Assembly (NCBI GenBank): GCA_051252135.1
Contig: JBPOGH010000018.1
Location: 1-64,000 of the forward strand
Length of the DNA: 64,000 nucleotides
Origin: Verrucomicrobiaceae bacterium
Lineage (GTDB): Bacteria; Verrucomicrobiota; Verrucomicrobiia; Verrucomicrobiales; Akkermansiaceae
Reading direction: 5' to 3'
The notes under the pieces were generated by a model, which was not told where the DNA came from, did not search any database, and saw nothing but the letters and a program-made list of their open reading frames with translations. The first letter of the stretch is position 1; the number at the start of each line of letters is the position of its first letter. Positions 38,556-48,830 of the stretch are shown here, piece by piece. A program made the position numbers and the translations under genes.

Positions 38556-39518
38556 TCAGGGCTGGATGTGGGGGGAGGAGGAGAGGAGGGAGCGGGCTTG
38601 GGTGAGGACTTCGTCGACGGAGATGTTTTGCATGCAGCGGTGGTCGAGGGGGCATTTGTCGAGGAGGCAGCCGCTGCAGGCGACGTGGTGACGGATGAGG
38701 CCGTGGGCTTTGCCGAGGGGGCGTTTCCAGTCGGGCTCGTTGGGGCCGAAGAGGACGAGGGCGGTGGTTCCCACGTGGGCGGCGAGGTGGGGGAGGGCGC
38801 CGTCGTTTCCGATGAGGAGGTGGCAGGAGGCGAGGGTGTCGAGGAGGGTTTCGGTATCGTCGCCGGTGAGGGTGGCGTTGCGTCCGAGGGATTTGGCGAG
38901 TTGTTTGGCGGGGCCGGGTTTTCCGGGGGAGGGGAGGATGAGGAGTTCGCAGTCCTGGAGGCGTTGGGCGAGGGAGGTGAAGCGGTCGAGGGGCCATTCG
39001 GCGGCGGGGCCGAAGTCGGATCCGGGGGCGATGGCGATGCGGAGGTTGTGGGGGAGCGGGGGGCGGGTCGGGGTCTGGAAGTTGATGGCATCGAAGGCTT
39101 GCGCGCCCATTTTTTCGACGAAGAAGAGGTAGAATTTGACGCGGTGCTCGATGGGGCCGATGGGGATTTCGACCTTGATGGAGTGGGTGAGGAGTTTGGC
39201 GAGTTTGTCGGCGGGGGGGCCGTTGCGTTTGGCGATGTCGGCTTTGGCGAAAGCGATGGCGGCGGGGCCGGGCTCCCAGGCGATGGAGTGTGCGAAGCGG
39301 GAGGCGTCCTTGGCGAGCTTGCGGGCGGATCCGGTGTGGGGGATGACCTGGGAGACTTCGGGGACGCGGAGCCAGAGGGGGGCGATCTCCTCGAGGGCGG
39401 TGACGGTGATGGGGATGCCGGGGTTGGCGTGGTGGAGGGCGCGGACGGCGGGGACGCTGAAGCAGGCTTCCTCGAAGGAATCGGGCGAGGCGATGATGGT
39501 GTCTCCGGCAAGTGGCAT
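38556..39518 (-). CDS. Glycosyltransferase family 9 (heptosyltransferase-like)
   Basis: APGSDFGPAAEWP, IGNDGALPHLAA, LFGP, C-terminal C..C...CP..HRCM. Confidence 0.85.
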   Translation of the reverse strand: MPLAGDTIIASPDSFEEACFSVPAVRALHHANPGIPITVTALEEIAPLWLRVPEVSQVIPHTGSARKLAKDASRFAHSIAWEPGPAAIAFAKADIAKRNGPPADKLAKLLTHSIKVEIPIGPIEHRVKFYLFFVEKMGAQAFDAINFQTPTRPPLPHNLRIAIAPGSDFGPAAEWPLDRFTSLAQRLQDCELLILPSPGKPGPAKQLAKSLGRNATLTGDDTETLLDTLASCHLLIGNDGALPHLAAHVGTTALVLFGPNEPDWKRPLGKAHGLIRHHVACSGCLLDKCPLDHRCMQNISVDEVLTQARSLLSSSPHIQP

Positions 39519-39662
39519 TGCGGGGGAGTGTGCCTTTTGGGTGGGTGGGTGAAAATGCTTATTTCGGGGAAGGGGAAAAGGTGTGAGAGTGGTTGAGAAT
39601 TTGCGTGATTCCCCTGAATTCCTGACTTATGGAAGCGGGCAATTCTGTTTCCACCGACGATT

Positions 39663-41201
39663 ATGTCCACTCTCCAAGATCCCGCCGAGCACCAGTTGAT
39701 GGTCCGGCCTCTCCGTCCCGAAGATGCCGCCGATGTGCGTCGGATTTCGGAGTCGGTGTATGCGCGTATCAATTCAAGCTGGAGCGAGAAGTCGTTTTTG
39801 GAATTGGTGGGGAAGTTTCCGGAGGGTCAGGTGGGGGTGGAGAACCACGGGGTGATCATCGCCTTCGCGTTCTCATTGATTGTGGATTACGACAAGTACG
39901 GAGATAACCATACTTATGACGGGATCACGGGTGACTTCACCTTTTCGACGCATGATGCGGAGGGGGATGTGCTGTATGGGATCGAGGTGTGTGTGGACCC
40001 GGAGTATCAGGGGTTGCGTCTGGGGCGGCGGCTGTATGATGCGCGCAAGGAGGTGTGCGAGGCGTTGAATCTGAGGGCGATTGTGGCGGGGGGGCGGATG
40101 CCGAATTACGGGAAGCACAAGGAGCTGACGCCGCGGCAGTACATTGACCAGGTGCGGCGGAAGGAGATTTATGATCCGGTGCTGACCTTTCAGCTGAGCA
40201 ACGACTTCCGGGTGAAGCGGGTGTTGACGGATTATCTGACGGCGGACACGGAATCCAAGGCGTATGCGACGCTGCTGGAGTGGATCAACATTTCCTATCA
40301 GCCGAAGCCGAATCCGCTGGGGCAGAAATCGGTGGTGCGTCTGGGGGTGGTGCAGCTGGAGATGCGGACGATGGCGAATGTGGAGGCCTTTTATGAGCAG
40401 ATCGAGTTCTACATTGATGCGGTGAGCGGCTACAAAGCGGACTTCATTTGTTTTCCGGAGTATGTCGATGCGCCCTTGATGGCGGCTTACAATGCGGACG
40501 GTCCTCCGGGGGCGATCCGGAAGTTGGCGGGGCATACGGAGGAGATTCGCAATTTCTTCATCAAGAAGGCGGTGGAGTATAACATCAACATCATCTCGGG
40601 AAGCATGCCGCTTTATGAGAACGAGCGGCTCTACAATGTGACGTACCTGTGTCGTCGTGACGGCTCGCATGAGATGCAGCGGAAGATTCACATCACACCG
40701 ACGGAGCAGGATGACTGGGGGATGATCGGGGGGGATGAGGTGAAGGTGTTTGATACCGATGCGGGACGGGTGGCGATGTTGATTTGTTATGATTCCGAGT
40801 TCCCGGAGTTGAGCCGTCATTTGGCGGACCAGGGGGTGCAGATTTTGTTTATTCCTTTCTGCACGGACACCTCGGCGGGGTATCATCGGGTGCGGTATTG
40901 TTCGCAGGCGCGGGCGATCGAGAACGAGTGTTATGTGGCGATTGCGGGGAGCGTGGGGAACCTGCCGAAGGTGGTGAACATGGACATCCAGTATGCGCAG
41001 TCGGCGGTGTTTTCACCAAGTGACTTTGCGTTTCCGAACAAGGCGATTGTGACGGAGGCGACGAACAATACGGAGACGACGTTGATTGCCGATATTGATC
41101 TCAGTGATTTGGCGAACCTGCATGCGCGGGGAAGCGTGCGGAACCTCAAGCAGCGGCGGAAGGATCTGTATTCCATCGACTGGAAGAAGAATCAGAGTTG
41201 A
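39663..41201 (+). CDS. Bifunctional GNAT / carbon-nitrogen hydrolase
   Basis: VDPEYQGLRLG; FPEY, QRKIH, ICYDSEFPE triad motifs. Confidence 0.92.
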   Translation: MSTLQDPAEHQLMVRPLRPEDAADVRRISESVYARINSSWSEKSFLELVGKFPEGQVGVENHGVIIAFAFSLIVDYDKYGDNHTYDGITGDFTFSTHDAEGDVLYGIEVCVDPEYQGLRLGRRLYDARKEVCEALNLRAIVAGGRMPNYGKHKELTPRQYIDQVRRKEIYDPVLTFQLSNDFRVKRVLTDYLTADTESKAYATLLEWINISYQPKPNPLGQKSVVRLGVVQLEMRTMANVEAFYEQIEFYIDAVSGYKADFICFPEYVDAPLMAAYNADGPPGAIRKLAGHTEEIRNFFIKKAVEYNINIISGSMPLYENERLYNVTYLCRRDGSHEMQRKIHITPTEQDDWGMIGGDEVKVFDTDAGRVAMLICYDSEFPELSRHLADQGVQILFIPFCTDTSAGYHRVRYCSQARAIENECYVAIAGSVGNLPKVVNMDIQYAQSAVFSPSDFAFPNKAIVTEATNNTETTLIADIDLSDLANLHARGSVRNLKQRRKDLYSIDWKKNQS

Positions 41202-41755
41202 AGGAAGTGATCGGGCTGGTGGAAGTCCGGCTCTGCGCCGGGGAGGGGGGCGGCGGTGAAAAAGCGCTGCCGGGGTGATCCGAGGATGAAGGTGACGTTG
41301 AGGCGGGCGTCGGTGAGGGGGGGGAGTTGGTGGAGGGGGATGGAGGCCATGGCGCGCCAGCCGGAGGGGAAGATTTTTGCGACGGTCTCGACTCCATGCA
41401 GGGGCGGGAGGTCGAGGGGGTTGCGGGGAGAGTTGAAGAAGGAGGACCACCAGGAGCCGTTTGGGGCGAGATTGAACTCGAGGTAGGAGCCGTCGGGGGA
41501 GGCGAGGAAGAACTCGGCGAGATCGAACTTCCAGAGCTCGAGCTGGAATTTGCCGGGGCGGGCATCGGGGTGGATGACGGGGGTGATTTGGTCACCGGCG
41601 AGGAAGTGGAAGTGGGTTGGGGAGAGGAGGCACTGGAAACGGGGAAGGTGACAGGATGACGCGCCAAACCAGTCGGATTTGAGGGGGGCGTCGCCGTCGA
41701 TGAGAGAGTCCAGATTGGGGAAGCCGGAGGTATTGCGGAGCGCGATATGGGCCAT
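41192..41755 (-). CDS. DOMON-like / CBM9-like protein
   Basis: LWKFDLAEFF, YLEFNLAPNGSW, PDFH. Confidence 0.65.
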   Translation of the reverse strand: MAHIALRNTSGFPNLDSLIDGDAPLKSDWFGASSCHLPRFQCLLSPTHFHFLAGDQITPVIHPDARPGKFQLELWKFDLAEFFLASPDGSYLEFNLAPNGSWWSSFFNSPRNPLDLPPLHGVETVAKIFPSGWRAMASIPLHQLPPLTDARLNVTFILGSPRQRFFTAAPLPGAEPDFHQPDHFLQL

Positions 41756-41853
41756 GAATCAGAGATATTTCGGTGGAATTAATTATTTTCCAACTAATTA
41801 GAGAGAAATTCGCTCGCCTTGCGTAAAGTGTTTAGTTATTCCCACCCCAACCC

Positions 41854-42585
41854 ATGAGACACAATCCGATTGAATACGTCGGCGCCGCGCCAATGAAGAA
41901 GAAGCGGCGTAACCCTCTGGGCGGTTGGCTTTTAGTGGCATTTGCGCTGATTTTGGGGGGAGTTTTCCTCCGTCCGCTGCTTCCATTTCTCCAGGCCCAG
42001 CAGGATTTGACCTCTGCGGGGAATCTTACGGAGGCCCTTGAGAACCTTGAAAGTGATGGTCGTTTTGGCTCACTTTTAGCGGCTCAGGCGCTTCTTCGGA
42101 CGAAAGCCGAACTGACCTACGACGAGGCTTATTACACGATTGATTTCCCGAACGGCGATGTGCCGGCAGACAAGGGAAACCGCGCTGATGTGGTGGTGCG
42201 GGCATACCGTGGTGTGGGCATTGATCTCCAGGAGGAGGTGAATGAGGACATGACGAAGAATTTCCGTCTTTATCCCCAGATTTATCGACGCAAGGGTGCT
42301 GACTCGAACATTGATCACCGTTTGGTGAACAATCTGGAGCGTTTTTTCTCTCGAAAGGGAGAGAGCTATCCTGTGTCAAACAACGAGGATCCGCTTGATT
42401 ACAATGTGGGGGATATCGTGATCTGGCGTCTTGCTGACGCGCAGAAGCATATTGGCATCGTTGTCCCCGGTCCCGGGGCGAAGAAGACCGAGAAGTGGAT
42501 TGTCCACAACATGATCGGCAGTCCGGTGTGGGAGGATCGCCTCCTTGATTACAAGATCATCGGGCACTATCGCTACGCGAAGTAA
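41854..42585 (+). CDS. DUF1287 (YijF-like) protein, membrane anchored
   Basis: FPNGDVP, DVVVRAYR.VGIDLQ, DSNIDHR, HIGIV, IVHN. Confidence 0.85.
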   Translation: MRHNPIEYVGAAPMKKKRRNPLGGWLLVAFALILGGVFLRPLLPFLQAQQDLTSAGNLTEALENLESDGRFGSLLAAQALLRTKAELTYDEAYYTIDFPNGDVPADKGNRADVVVRAYRGVGIDLQEEVNEDMTKNFRLYPQIYRRKGADSNIDHRLVNNLERFFSRKGESYPVSNNEDPLDYNVGDIVIWRLADAQKHIGIVVPGPGAKKTEKWIVHNMIGSPVWEDRLLDYKIIGHYRYAK

Positions 42586-42597
42586 GCTTGATTTTTT

Positions 42598-43782
42598 TTA
42601 CTCGGTGCGAGAGCGGGGGCCCTTTGGGTCGATGCGGATTACGGGTGTCCGGAAGAAGGCTTTTCGTGAGGCGGTGGACGGTGTTCCGGCCGGAGCATCG
42701 GGGAGTTCCTGACCGGGTTTCATGTCGAGGAGGGCTTGGTCGGTGAAGGCGTGCATGAGGGCGACGAGGTCGTCGATTTCCTGATCGGATAGTCCGAGGT
42801 CGCCCATGTCGTCGTGATTGACGGTGTCGGGGTAGTCGGTGGGGCCCCAGCGGTCTTTTTCGAGGTTGCGCTTGTTGTAGAATTCCATGACTTCGCGGAG
42901 GGTGGCGATGGATCCGTTGTGGAGGTAGGGGGCGGTGAGGGCGACGTTTCTGAGGGAGGGGACTTTGAATTGGCCGAGTTCGTCGGGCTTGCCGGTGACG
43001 GCTCCGAGGCCGGGGTCTTTTTGGCCGAGGGAAGGGGCGCCCAGGTTATCGTAGCCGTAGTCGCTGAGGAGGGGTTCGAGCCAGGCGCCGCTGCCGGTGA
43101 GGTGGCATTTGGAGCATTGGGCGCCGGTTTGGAAGATATCGAGACCGCGCTTTTGGGCGTCGGTGAGGGCGTTTTTGTTTCCGGCCCAGAAGGCATCGAT
43201 GGGGGCGTTGAAGGGGCGGAAGTGGGGTTCGCGCAGGAAGGCGACGAGGGCCCGGTAGGCGAGGGCGGTGACTTTGGTGTCGTCTTTTGAATCCGGTTCG
43301 CCGAGGGAATTTTTGATGGTGTTGGCGTAGGGGGCATTGCGAAGCCGGTCGGCGAGGGCGGCTTCATCCGGGAGATTCATTTCATTGGAGTCGAAGAAGG
43401 GTTGTTTGACTTGATCGATGAGGAGGTGGGAGCGGCCGTCGAGGAAGTAGCCGCCTTCGATGATGAAGCTTTCTTCGCCGTTTTCATCGTAGATGTCCTC
43501 GAGGGTGAGAGGAGGGATGAGGGCGGCGTACATGAGTGAGGGCGCGTTGCGGCGTCCTTTTTTCCCTTCCACAGCGCCGGGGGAGACGGGGCGGGGGTCG
43601 GCGAAGGCGTGGTCCGGTTGGTGGCAGGAGACGCAGCCTTGTCCGGCGGGTTGGGAGAGGGAGGTGTCGAAGAAGATTTTTTTTCCGAGGTCGGCGAGAG
43701 GGGGGACTTCGGCGGAGGCGTTGCCGAGGCCCAGCGCGAGAACGAGTCCGGCAAGGGAACGGCAGGTGAGGGAAGCAGTCAT
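42598..43782 (-). CDS. Di-heme cytochrome c peroxidase/MauG family
   Basis: LGKKIFFD, CVSCH, RNAPS, CSKCH, FKVPSLRNVALTAPYLHNG. Confidence 0.92.
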   Translation of the reverse strand: MTASLTCRSLAGLVLALGLGNASAEVPPLADLGKKIFFDTSLSQPAGQGCVSCHQPDHAFADPRPVSPGAVEGKKGRRNAPSLMYAALIPPLTLEDIYDENGEESFIIEGGYFLDGRSHLLIDQVKQPFFDSNEMNLPDEAALADRLRNAPYANTIKNSLGEPDSKDDTKVTALAYRALVAFLREPHFRPFNAPIDAFWAGNKNALTDAQKRGLDIFQTGAQCSKCHLTGSGAWLEPLLSDYGYDNLGAPSLGQKDPGLGAVTGKPDELGQFKVPSLRNVALTAPYLHNGSIATLREVMEFYNKRNLEKDRWGPTDYPDTVNHDDMGDLGLSDQEIDDLVALMHAFTDQALLDMKPGQELPDAPAGTPSTASRKAFFRTPVIRIDPKGPRSRTE

Positions 43783-43842
43783 CGCAATGTGCCGATTGAT
43801 ACGAGGAGATTGCGGGGGACCTTCCAGCGGGGGCGGGATTGA

Positions 43843-44856
43843 TTACTCCGGCCTTTCGACGGGGGCTTCGAGAGTTTCCGGAGAGGCCTCGATGGTGGCG
43901 CTGTTGAAGAGCATGCCGCCAAACATGCCGGCGTTCTTGGATTCGAGGTGTTGGCGATATTGAGCGAGTTGGTCCTGGTCGAGGACGGGAGTGAGGGCGG
44001 TGACTTTTTCGTCGATGCGCTTGTCCATGGCGGCTTTCATGATGGCGGCCGGGTCGCCCTCGGGTTCGTTGCCCTCCATTTGTTGTGCCATGATGTCTCC
44101 GAGTCCGAGGTCATCGAAATCCATTTCGACGCCGAATCCATCGCCGATGAGGCTCATCATGGCGGAGGCACTGGAGGGTTTCTTTTCGGCGGTCTCGGCC
44201 TGTTCGTAGAGGATTTCCATGACGGCGTCCTTTTGATCATCCCGGAGGTCGAGGAAGCTGAGTTTGGAAAGGCTTTTGAGGGCGCGGGATTCGACACGGT
44301 TGTCATGTTCCCGTTGTTTGAGGGCATCGTATGCCTCCTTTTGCTCGGGAGATAGCATGGCGGCGAGGGGCTCATCGAGAGCGGTGCCATTCATGAGGGC
44401 GGCGAGGTCTTCGGCGGCCTTGACGGCGTCATCGCCTCCAGTTCCCATGAGTGATTCGAAATCGAGGTCGTCATTCCAGAGGGCCTTAAGTTGGTCGGCT
44501 TGAGCGGGAGTGAGGCTGAGCTCTTTGACCAACTTGGCGATGCGGGCATCGAACTTATCGCGCTGCCTTTTCTTGAGCATCTTGGAAAATTGGTCCTGAT
44601 GGGCGTCCACTTGCTCCGCAATTTCCGGGTCCATGGAGTCGTCGGCAGTGTGATGGGCTTCGTCGCGGATCGCGGTTTTGGAGGGGCGCGAATCCGCGGA
44701 GTCGGGGCGTTGGGTCACAGAGGAAGGATTGTCACCGGTATTGACGACGACCTTGCTTTCTTCGGGGGCTTGGGCGGTGGAGGTGGGTTTGCCGAACCAT
44801 CCGGCGGCGAAGCCGAGGGCGATTCCGCCAAGGGCGGCGAGTGCGGTGTTTTTCAT
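43843..44856 (-). CDS. Membrane-anchored helical hypothetical protein
   Basis: N-terminal TM; LTxxQ-type repeats. Confidence 0.7.
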   Translation of the reverse strand: MKNTALAALGGIALGFAAGWFGKPTSTAQAPEESKVVVNTGDNPSSVTQRPDSADSRPSKTAIRDEAHHTADDSMDPEIAEQVDAHQDQFSKMLKKRQRDKFDARIAKLVKELSLTPAQADQLKALWNDDLDFESLMGTGGDDAVKAAEDLAALMNGTALDEPLAAMLSPEQKEAYDALKQREHDNRVESRALKSLSKLSFLDLRDDQKDAVMEILYEQAETAEKKPSSASAMMSLIGDGFGVEMDFDDLGLGDIMAQQMEGNEPEGDPAAIMKAAMDKRIDEKVTALTPVLDQDQLAQYRQHLESKNAGMFGGMLFNSATIEASPETLEAPVERPE

Positions 44857-44973
44857 GATCAAACGGGGTGTGGGAATAAGAGGGAGGCGCTGTTTGCTGA
44901 GCGGGATGTGGGATGGGATTTGTCTTTTCTGACAGCTTGTTTGGGGAGCTTATTTCCCTAGGCTGCAGAATCC

Positions 44974-45747
44974 ATGATGAAAGTGTTCCTTTTTCTCTTC
45001 CTGTTGCCGGTGATTCTTCCGGTGGAAGGACGACCGCTCAAGATGGTATCCTATAACATTCACCACGGGGAGGGGATGGATGGGAAGGTGGATCTGAAGC
45101 GGATTGCGGAACTGATAGCGAAGGAGAAGCCGGACTTGGTGGCCTTGCAGGAAGTGGATTGCCGGTGTGAGCGGAGCGGGGGAGTGGATCAGGCGGCGGT
45201 GTTGGGTGAACTGCTCAAGATGGATCATCGTTTTGGGAAGTTTATGGATTTTCAGGGAGGGGAGTACGGGATGGCGGTGCTTTCGCGTTTTCCAATTGAG
45301 AAGACGATGGTTCATGAGTTGCCGAGGGGGGCGGAGCCGCGGTGTGCGCTGGAGATTGTGGTGAAGCCGGAAGGGTGGGGGACGGCGGTTTCCTTTGTGG
45401 GGATTCATCATGATTGGACGGAGGAGAAATTTCGGGTGGCGCAGGTGAAGGGGTTGATCGAGGGGGTGGGAGAGCGCGGGCACCCGGTGTTTTTGGCGGG
45501 GGATTTCAATGAGGAACCGGGCGGGGGATCGCTGGGTTTGCTGAAGGACTCGGGTTGGGTGATGTTGCGGAAGAAGCCGGCGAAGACGTGGCCGGCGGTT
45601 GAGCCGACGCAGGAGATCGATTTCTTTTTCGCGATTGGGTTGGAGGCGGTTGAATTCGACGATCGGGTGTTGGAAGAGAAAGTGGCGTCCGATCATCGGC
45701 CGATTGCGGTCAAAGTTTCTGTGAGTTCAAAAGAGGCGAAGCCGTAA
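44974..45747 (+). CDS. Endonuclease/exonuclease/phosphatase family protein
   Basis: SYNIH, ALQEVD, GDFN, ASDHRP. Confidence 0.9.
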   Translation: MMKVFLFLFLLPVILPVEGRPLKMVSYNIHHGEGMDGKVDLKRIAELIAKEKPDLVALQEVDCRCERSGGVDQAAVLGELLKMDHRFGKFMDFQGGEYGMAVLSRFPIEKTMVHELPRGAEPRCALEIVVKPEGWGTAVSFVGIHHDWTEEKFRVAQVKGLIEGVGERGHPVFLAGDFNEEPGGGSLGLLKDSGWVMLRKKPAKTWPAVEPTQEIDFFFAIGLEAVEFDDRVLEEKVASDHRPIAVKVSVSSKEAKP

Positions 45748-45751
45748 GAGG

Positions 45752-47251
45752 ATGGTGAGGTTTCTATTGGCTTTGATTCTTTGTCCCCTGATGGCGGTGT
45801 TTGGGGGGACGCCTGTTTTGAATGACGGGACGCCGACGGTGGTGTTGAGCTTTCGGCAGCCGACGGTGGAGGAGGCGGTGAGGTTTACTTCGGCGACTCT
45901 TTCCCTGAAGGGGACGACTGATTTTTCGGAGGTGGCTGAGATCGCGCTGATTCACCACCGGGGCGGGGGGAATCGGGAATTTGGTCGGGTGTCGGAGGTG
46001 GGGGAGAGGGTGACGTTTTCAGGGGAAATGGATTTCACGCCGGGGAATCATCTTTTTCTGGTGGAGGTGAAAATGAAGAAGGGGGCCAATCTTGATCACA
46101 AGATCGGGGTGGTGGTGGAGTCGATGAGTGACAGCGACGGGAAGGTTTACCGGCCGAAGGGGGAAGCCCTGCAGAGGTTGGCTTACCCGATTCATCATCA
46201 GGGGCAGTTTGATTGCCATACGTTCCGCATCCCGGGAATCGCGAGGGCGAAGGACGGCTCGTTGCTGGCGGTCTATGACCTGCGGTATCGGTCGAGCCGT
46301 GATCTCCAGGGGCACATGGATATCGGGTTATCGCGCTCAAGGGATGGCGGGCGGAGCTGGAGTGATCCGCGGCCGATCATGGATATGGGGGGGTATGGCG
46401 GGAAGCCGGAGGATGAGAACGGGTGTTCCGATCCGTGTATTTTGTTGGATGAGGAGACGGGCGAGATTTTTGTGTTTGCGGTGTGGACGCATGGGCGGCC
46501 GGGGACTCACCAGTGGCATGGGACGGGATCGATGCCGGGGTTGGGATTGGATGTTTCATCCCAGTTCATGATGGTGAAATCCGAGGACCATGGGGTGAGC
46601 TGGAGTCAGCCGGTGAATCTGACGGGGATGGTGAAGGATCCGGCGTGGTATCTTTTTGCGCCTGCGCCGGGGAACGGGATCACGTTGAAGGATGGGACGT
46701 TGGTGATTCCGAGTCAGGGTCGAGATGCGAAGGGGCTTCCATTTTCAAACATCATGTATTCCAAGGATCATGGGAAGAGCTGGACGGTGTCGGCTCCGGC
46801 GCGGACGAATACGACGGAGTGTGCGGTGGTGGAATTGGCGGACGGGGCGTTGATGTTGAACATGCGGGACAACCGGAACCGGAAGGATCAATCGGGGACG
46901 AACGGGCGGGCGGTATCGGTGACGCGTGATTTGGGGGCGACGTGGGAGGTGCATGCGACGGACCATGGGGCATTGCCGGAACCGGTGTGCATGGCGAGTT
47001 TGATCAGGCATGGGGAGTTGTTGTTGTTTTCGAACCCGAAGCACAAATCGTCGCGGACTAATATCACGGTGCGGGTGAGTGCGGATGGCGGGTTGAGCTG
47101 GGGGCATGAGCTCCTTTTGGATTCGGCGGGAACGGGCTACGGATATTCCTCGCTGGTGATGGTGGATGAGAAGACGGTGGGAATTCTTTATGAATCCTCG
47201 CAAGCGGACCTGATTTTTCAGAGGATTCCCCTTACCGATTTGATCAAATGA
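45752..47251 (+). CDS. Sialidase (GH33-like)
   Basis: FRIP motif; Asp boxes [34 protein letters not shown] and YE motifs. Confidence 0.9.
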   Translation: MVRFLLALILCPLMAVFGGTPVLNDGTPTVVLSFRQPTVEEAVRFTSATLSLKGTTDFSEVAEIALIHHRGGGNREFGRVSEVGERVTFSGEMDFTPGNHLFLVEVKMKKGANLDHKIGVVVESMSDSDGKVYRPKGEALQRLAYPIHHQGQFDCHTFRIPGIARAKDGSLLAVYDLRYRSSRDLQGHMDIGLSRSRDGGRSWSDPRPIMDMGGYGGKPEDENGCSDPCILLDEETGEIFVFAVWTHGRPGTHQWHGTGSMPGLGLDVSSQFMMVKSEDHGVSWSQPVNLTGMVKDPAWYLFAPAPGNGITLKDGTLVIPSQGRDAKGLPFSNIMYSKDHGKSWTVSAPARTNTTECAVVELADGALMLNMRDNRNRKDQSGTNGRAVSVTRDLGATWEVHATDHGALPEPVCMASLIRHGELLLFSNPKHKSSRTNITVRVSADGGLSWGHELLLDSAGTGYGYSSLVMVDEKTVGILYESSQADLIFQRIPLTDLIK

Positions 47252-47958
47252 TGAAGATTTTCGTACTACTTGCACTTGTTCTGCCGTTGTCCGCCCAGGA
47301 GGTTCCCCAATGGACTTCTCTTTTTAACGGGAAGGATCTGACCCATTGGGTGGATGTGAATACGTCACCGGATACGTGGCAGGTGAAGGACGGGCTTCTG
47401 GTGTGCACGGGGAAGCCGATCGGGGTGATGCGGTCGGTGAAGCAGTATGAGAATTTTGTGCTTCATATCGAGTGGCGGCACATGGAGGCGGGGGGGAATT
47501 CGGGGGTTTTTGTGTGGAGTGAGGGGACGGTTCCGGAGGGGAAGCGGCTGCCGAAGGGGATGGAGGTGCAGATGCTTGAGCTGGAGTGGCCGAAGCTGAA
47601 CCCGAAGCGGGACGGGTCGCCAAACGATCGGAGGTATGTGTCGGGGGAGCTTTTTGGAGCCAATGGGCTCACGGCGACGCCGGATCATCCAAGGGGGAGC
47701 CGGAGTTCTTCGGTGGAGTATCGCTGTAAGGGGAAGGGTGAGTGGAATACGTATCAGGTGGTTTGTGTGGACGGGACGGTGAAGCTTTCGATCAACGGGA
47801 AGTTCGTGAACAGCATTCGTGATTCCTCGGTGAAGAAGGGTTATCTTTGTCTGGAGTCCGAGGGGGCTGAGATTCACTTCCGGAATATCAGGATCATGGA
47901 GCTGCCTCCGGGGGTGACGACTCCCGGGCAGGTTGCGCCGGTGGTGGAAGCCGATTGA
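47248..47958 (+). CDS. DUF1080 (3-keto-glycoside hydrolase-like) protein
   Basis: LFNGKDL, GNSGVF, GEWN, FRNIRI. Confidence 0.88.
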   Translation: MMKIFVLLALVLPLSAQEVPQWTSLFNGKDLTHWVDVNTSPDTWQVKDGLLVCTGKPIGVMRSVKQYENFVLHIEWRHMEAGGNSGVFVWSEGTVPEGKRLPKGMEVQMLELEWPKLNPKRDGSPNDRRYVSGELFGANGLTATPDHPRGSRSSSVEYRCKGKGEWNTYQVVCVDGTVKLSINGKFVNSIRDSSVKKGYLCLESEGAEIHFRNIRIMELPPGVTTPGQVAPVVEAD

Positions 47959-48006
47959 GGGGGAGTCAATTTTCTGCGCTGTCCCAGCCGAGGTGGTGGG
48001 GCAAAA

Positions 48007-48039
48007 GAAAAACCCGAAGCCATGGGCTCCGGGTTTTTC
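48007..48039. terminator. Bidirectional intrinsic terminator
   Basis: GAAAAACCCG..CGGGTTTTTC between convergent genes. Confidence 0.8.
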
Positions 48040-48064
48040 AATTTATGATCTGGTTAGAGATGGA

Positions 48065-48625
48065 CTAGAGAGGAAGTGAGGACATCTTGGATGCCTCAGC
48101 GACTTCGAACTTGGCGCGCTTAAGCACCTTCGCGGTCTTTTCCTCGTCGTAAGCATCTTCGCTGGTGAGAAGAATTTCGATGACGCGAGAGTCAACGAAT
48201 GCGAACTGAACTCCATCAAGTTTGGTCAGAGCGACACGCGCTCTTTCATTGGTGGTTGCTCATCCGCCGCCCTTGCCGACGAAACGCATGCCCGCCTGGG
48301 GCTTGTCGTACTCGTTCTTGTCAAGGTCTTCGAGCTTAAGTCCGGCTTCGCCAAAGGCTTTGCGAACGGTGGCCTTAGTCAACTCCTGACCGTCCGAAAG
48401 TGTGACGATGGCGTTGGTTCCGGAGACGAGCACTTTTTCGGTGCCTTCGATCTTAGTCAAGGCCGCACGGGCCTTGGTTGCGGCACCTCAACCACCTCCA
48501 CTGAAGGAGACGGAGAAGGCCGTGATCTTTTCTGCAGCTACGGCGGCGGCTTCATCTGCAGCAATGGCAGAGGAGGACACAGCACCGAAAGCGCACAACA
48601 TTCCAAAGAGGATCTTGGCTTTCAT
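48065..48625 (-). CDS. Secreted tandem HMA-like protein with two in-frame UGA codons (candidate selenoprotein, 186 aa)
   Basis: ATG 48625 to TAG 48065 is open except for TGA at codons 46 and 122, both in GGG-U context; signal peptide; two homologous domains; downstream terminator. Confidence 0.8.
48228..48244 (-). promoter_or_regulatory. SECIS-like hairpin 2
   Basis: AGAGCG-cgugu-CGCUCU, 15 nt after the second UGA. Confidence 0.55.
48458..48476 (-). promoter_or_regulatory. SECIS-like hairpin 1
   Basis: CAAGGCC-cgugc-GGCCUUG, 11 nt after the first UGA. Confidence 0.6.
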
Positions 48626-48830
48626 AACGGCGGAACACTACGGGACTTTCGGGATTCTGCAAGTGGACAATTTTTAATTGAGGGTTGCTTCCATTCACGG
48701 GTGAATCCGCGCAATTCTCTCAATAAGAGCCTTTTAAAAGAACAGTCAGCCTGTTTTAGGAGCCTTTGATTGGGTATTTCCGAGATTTTCTTCGGCTTTT
48801 TTGGGAAAAGAGGGTCGATTTTCGCAACCG

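Noticed and set aside
44974..47958. EEP-sialidase-DUF1080 cluster as a novel system
   Set aside because: Ordinary secreted glycan-processing genes; nothing unusual seen
48260..48460. 66-aa ORF as a stand-alone gene
   Set aside because: It is the segment between the two UGAs of the larger 48065-48625 frame
48065..48625. Pseudogene or UGA=Trp/Gly genetic code explanation
   Set aside because: Both stops are TGA at the same motif position with hairpins behind them, and many other genes here end at TGA with coupled downstream starts; disfavoured but not excluded
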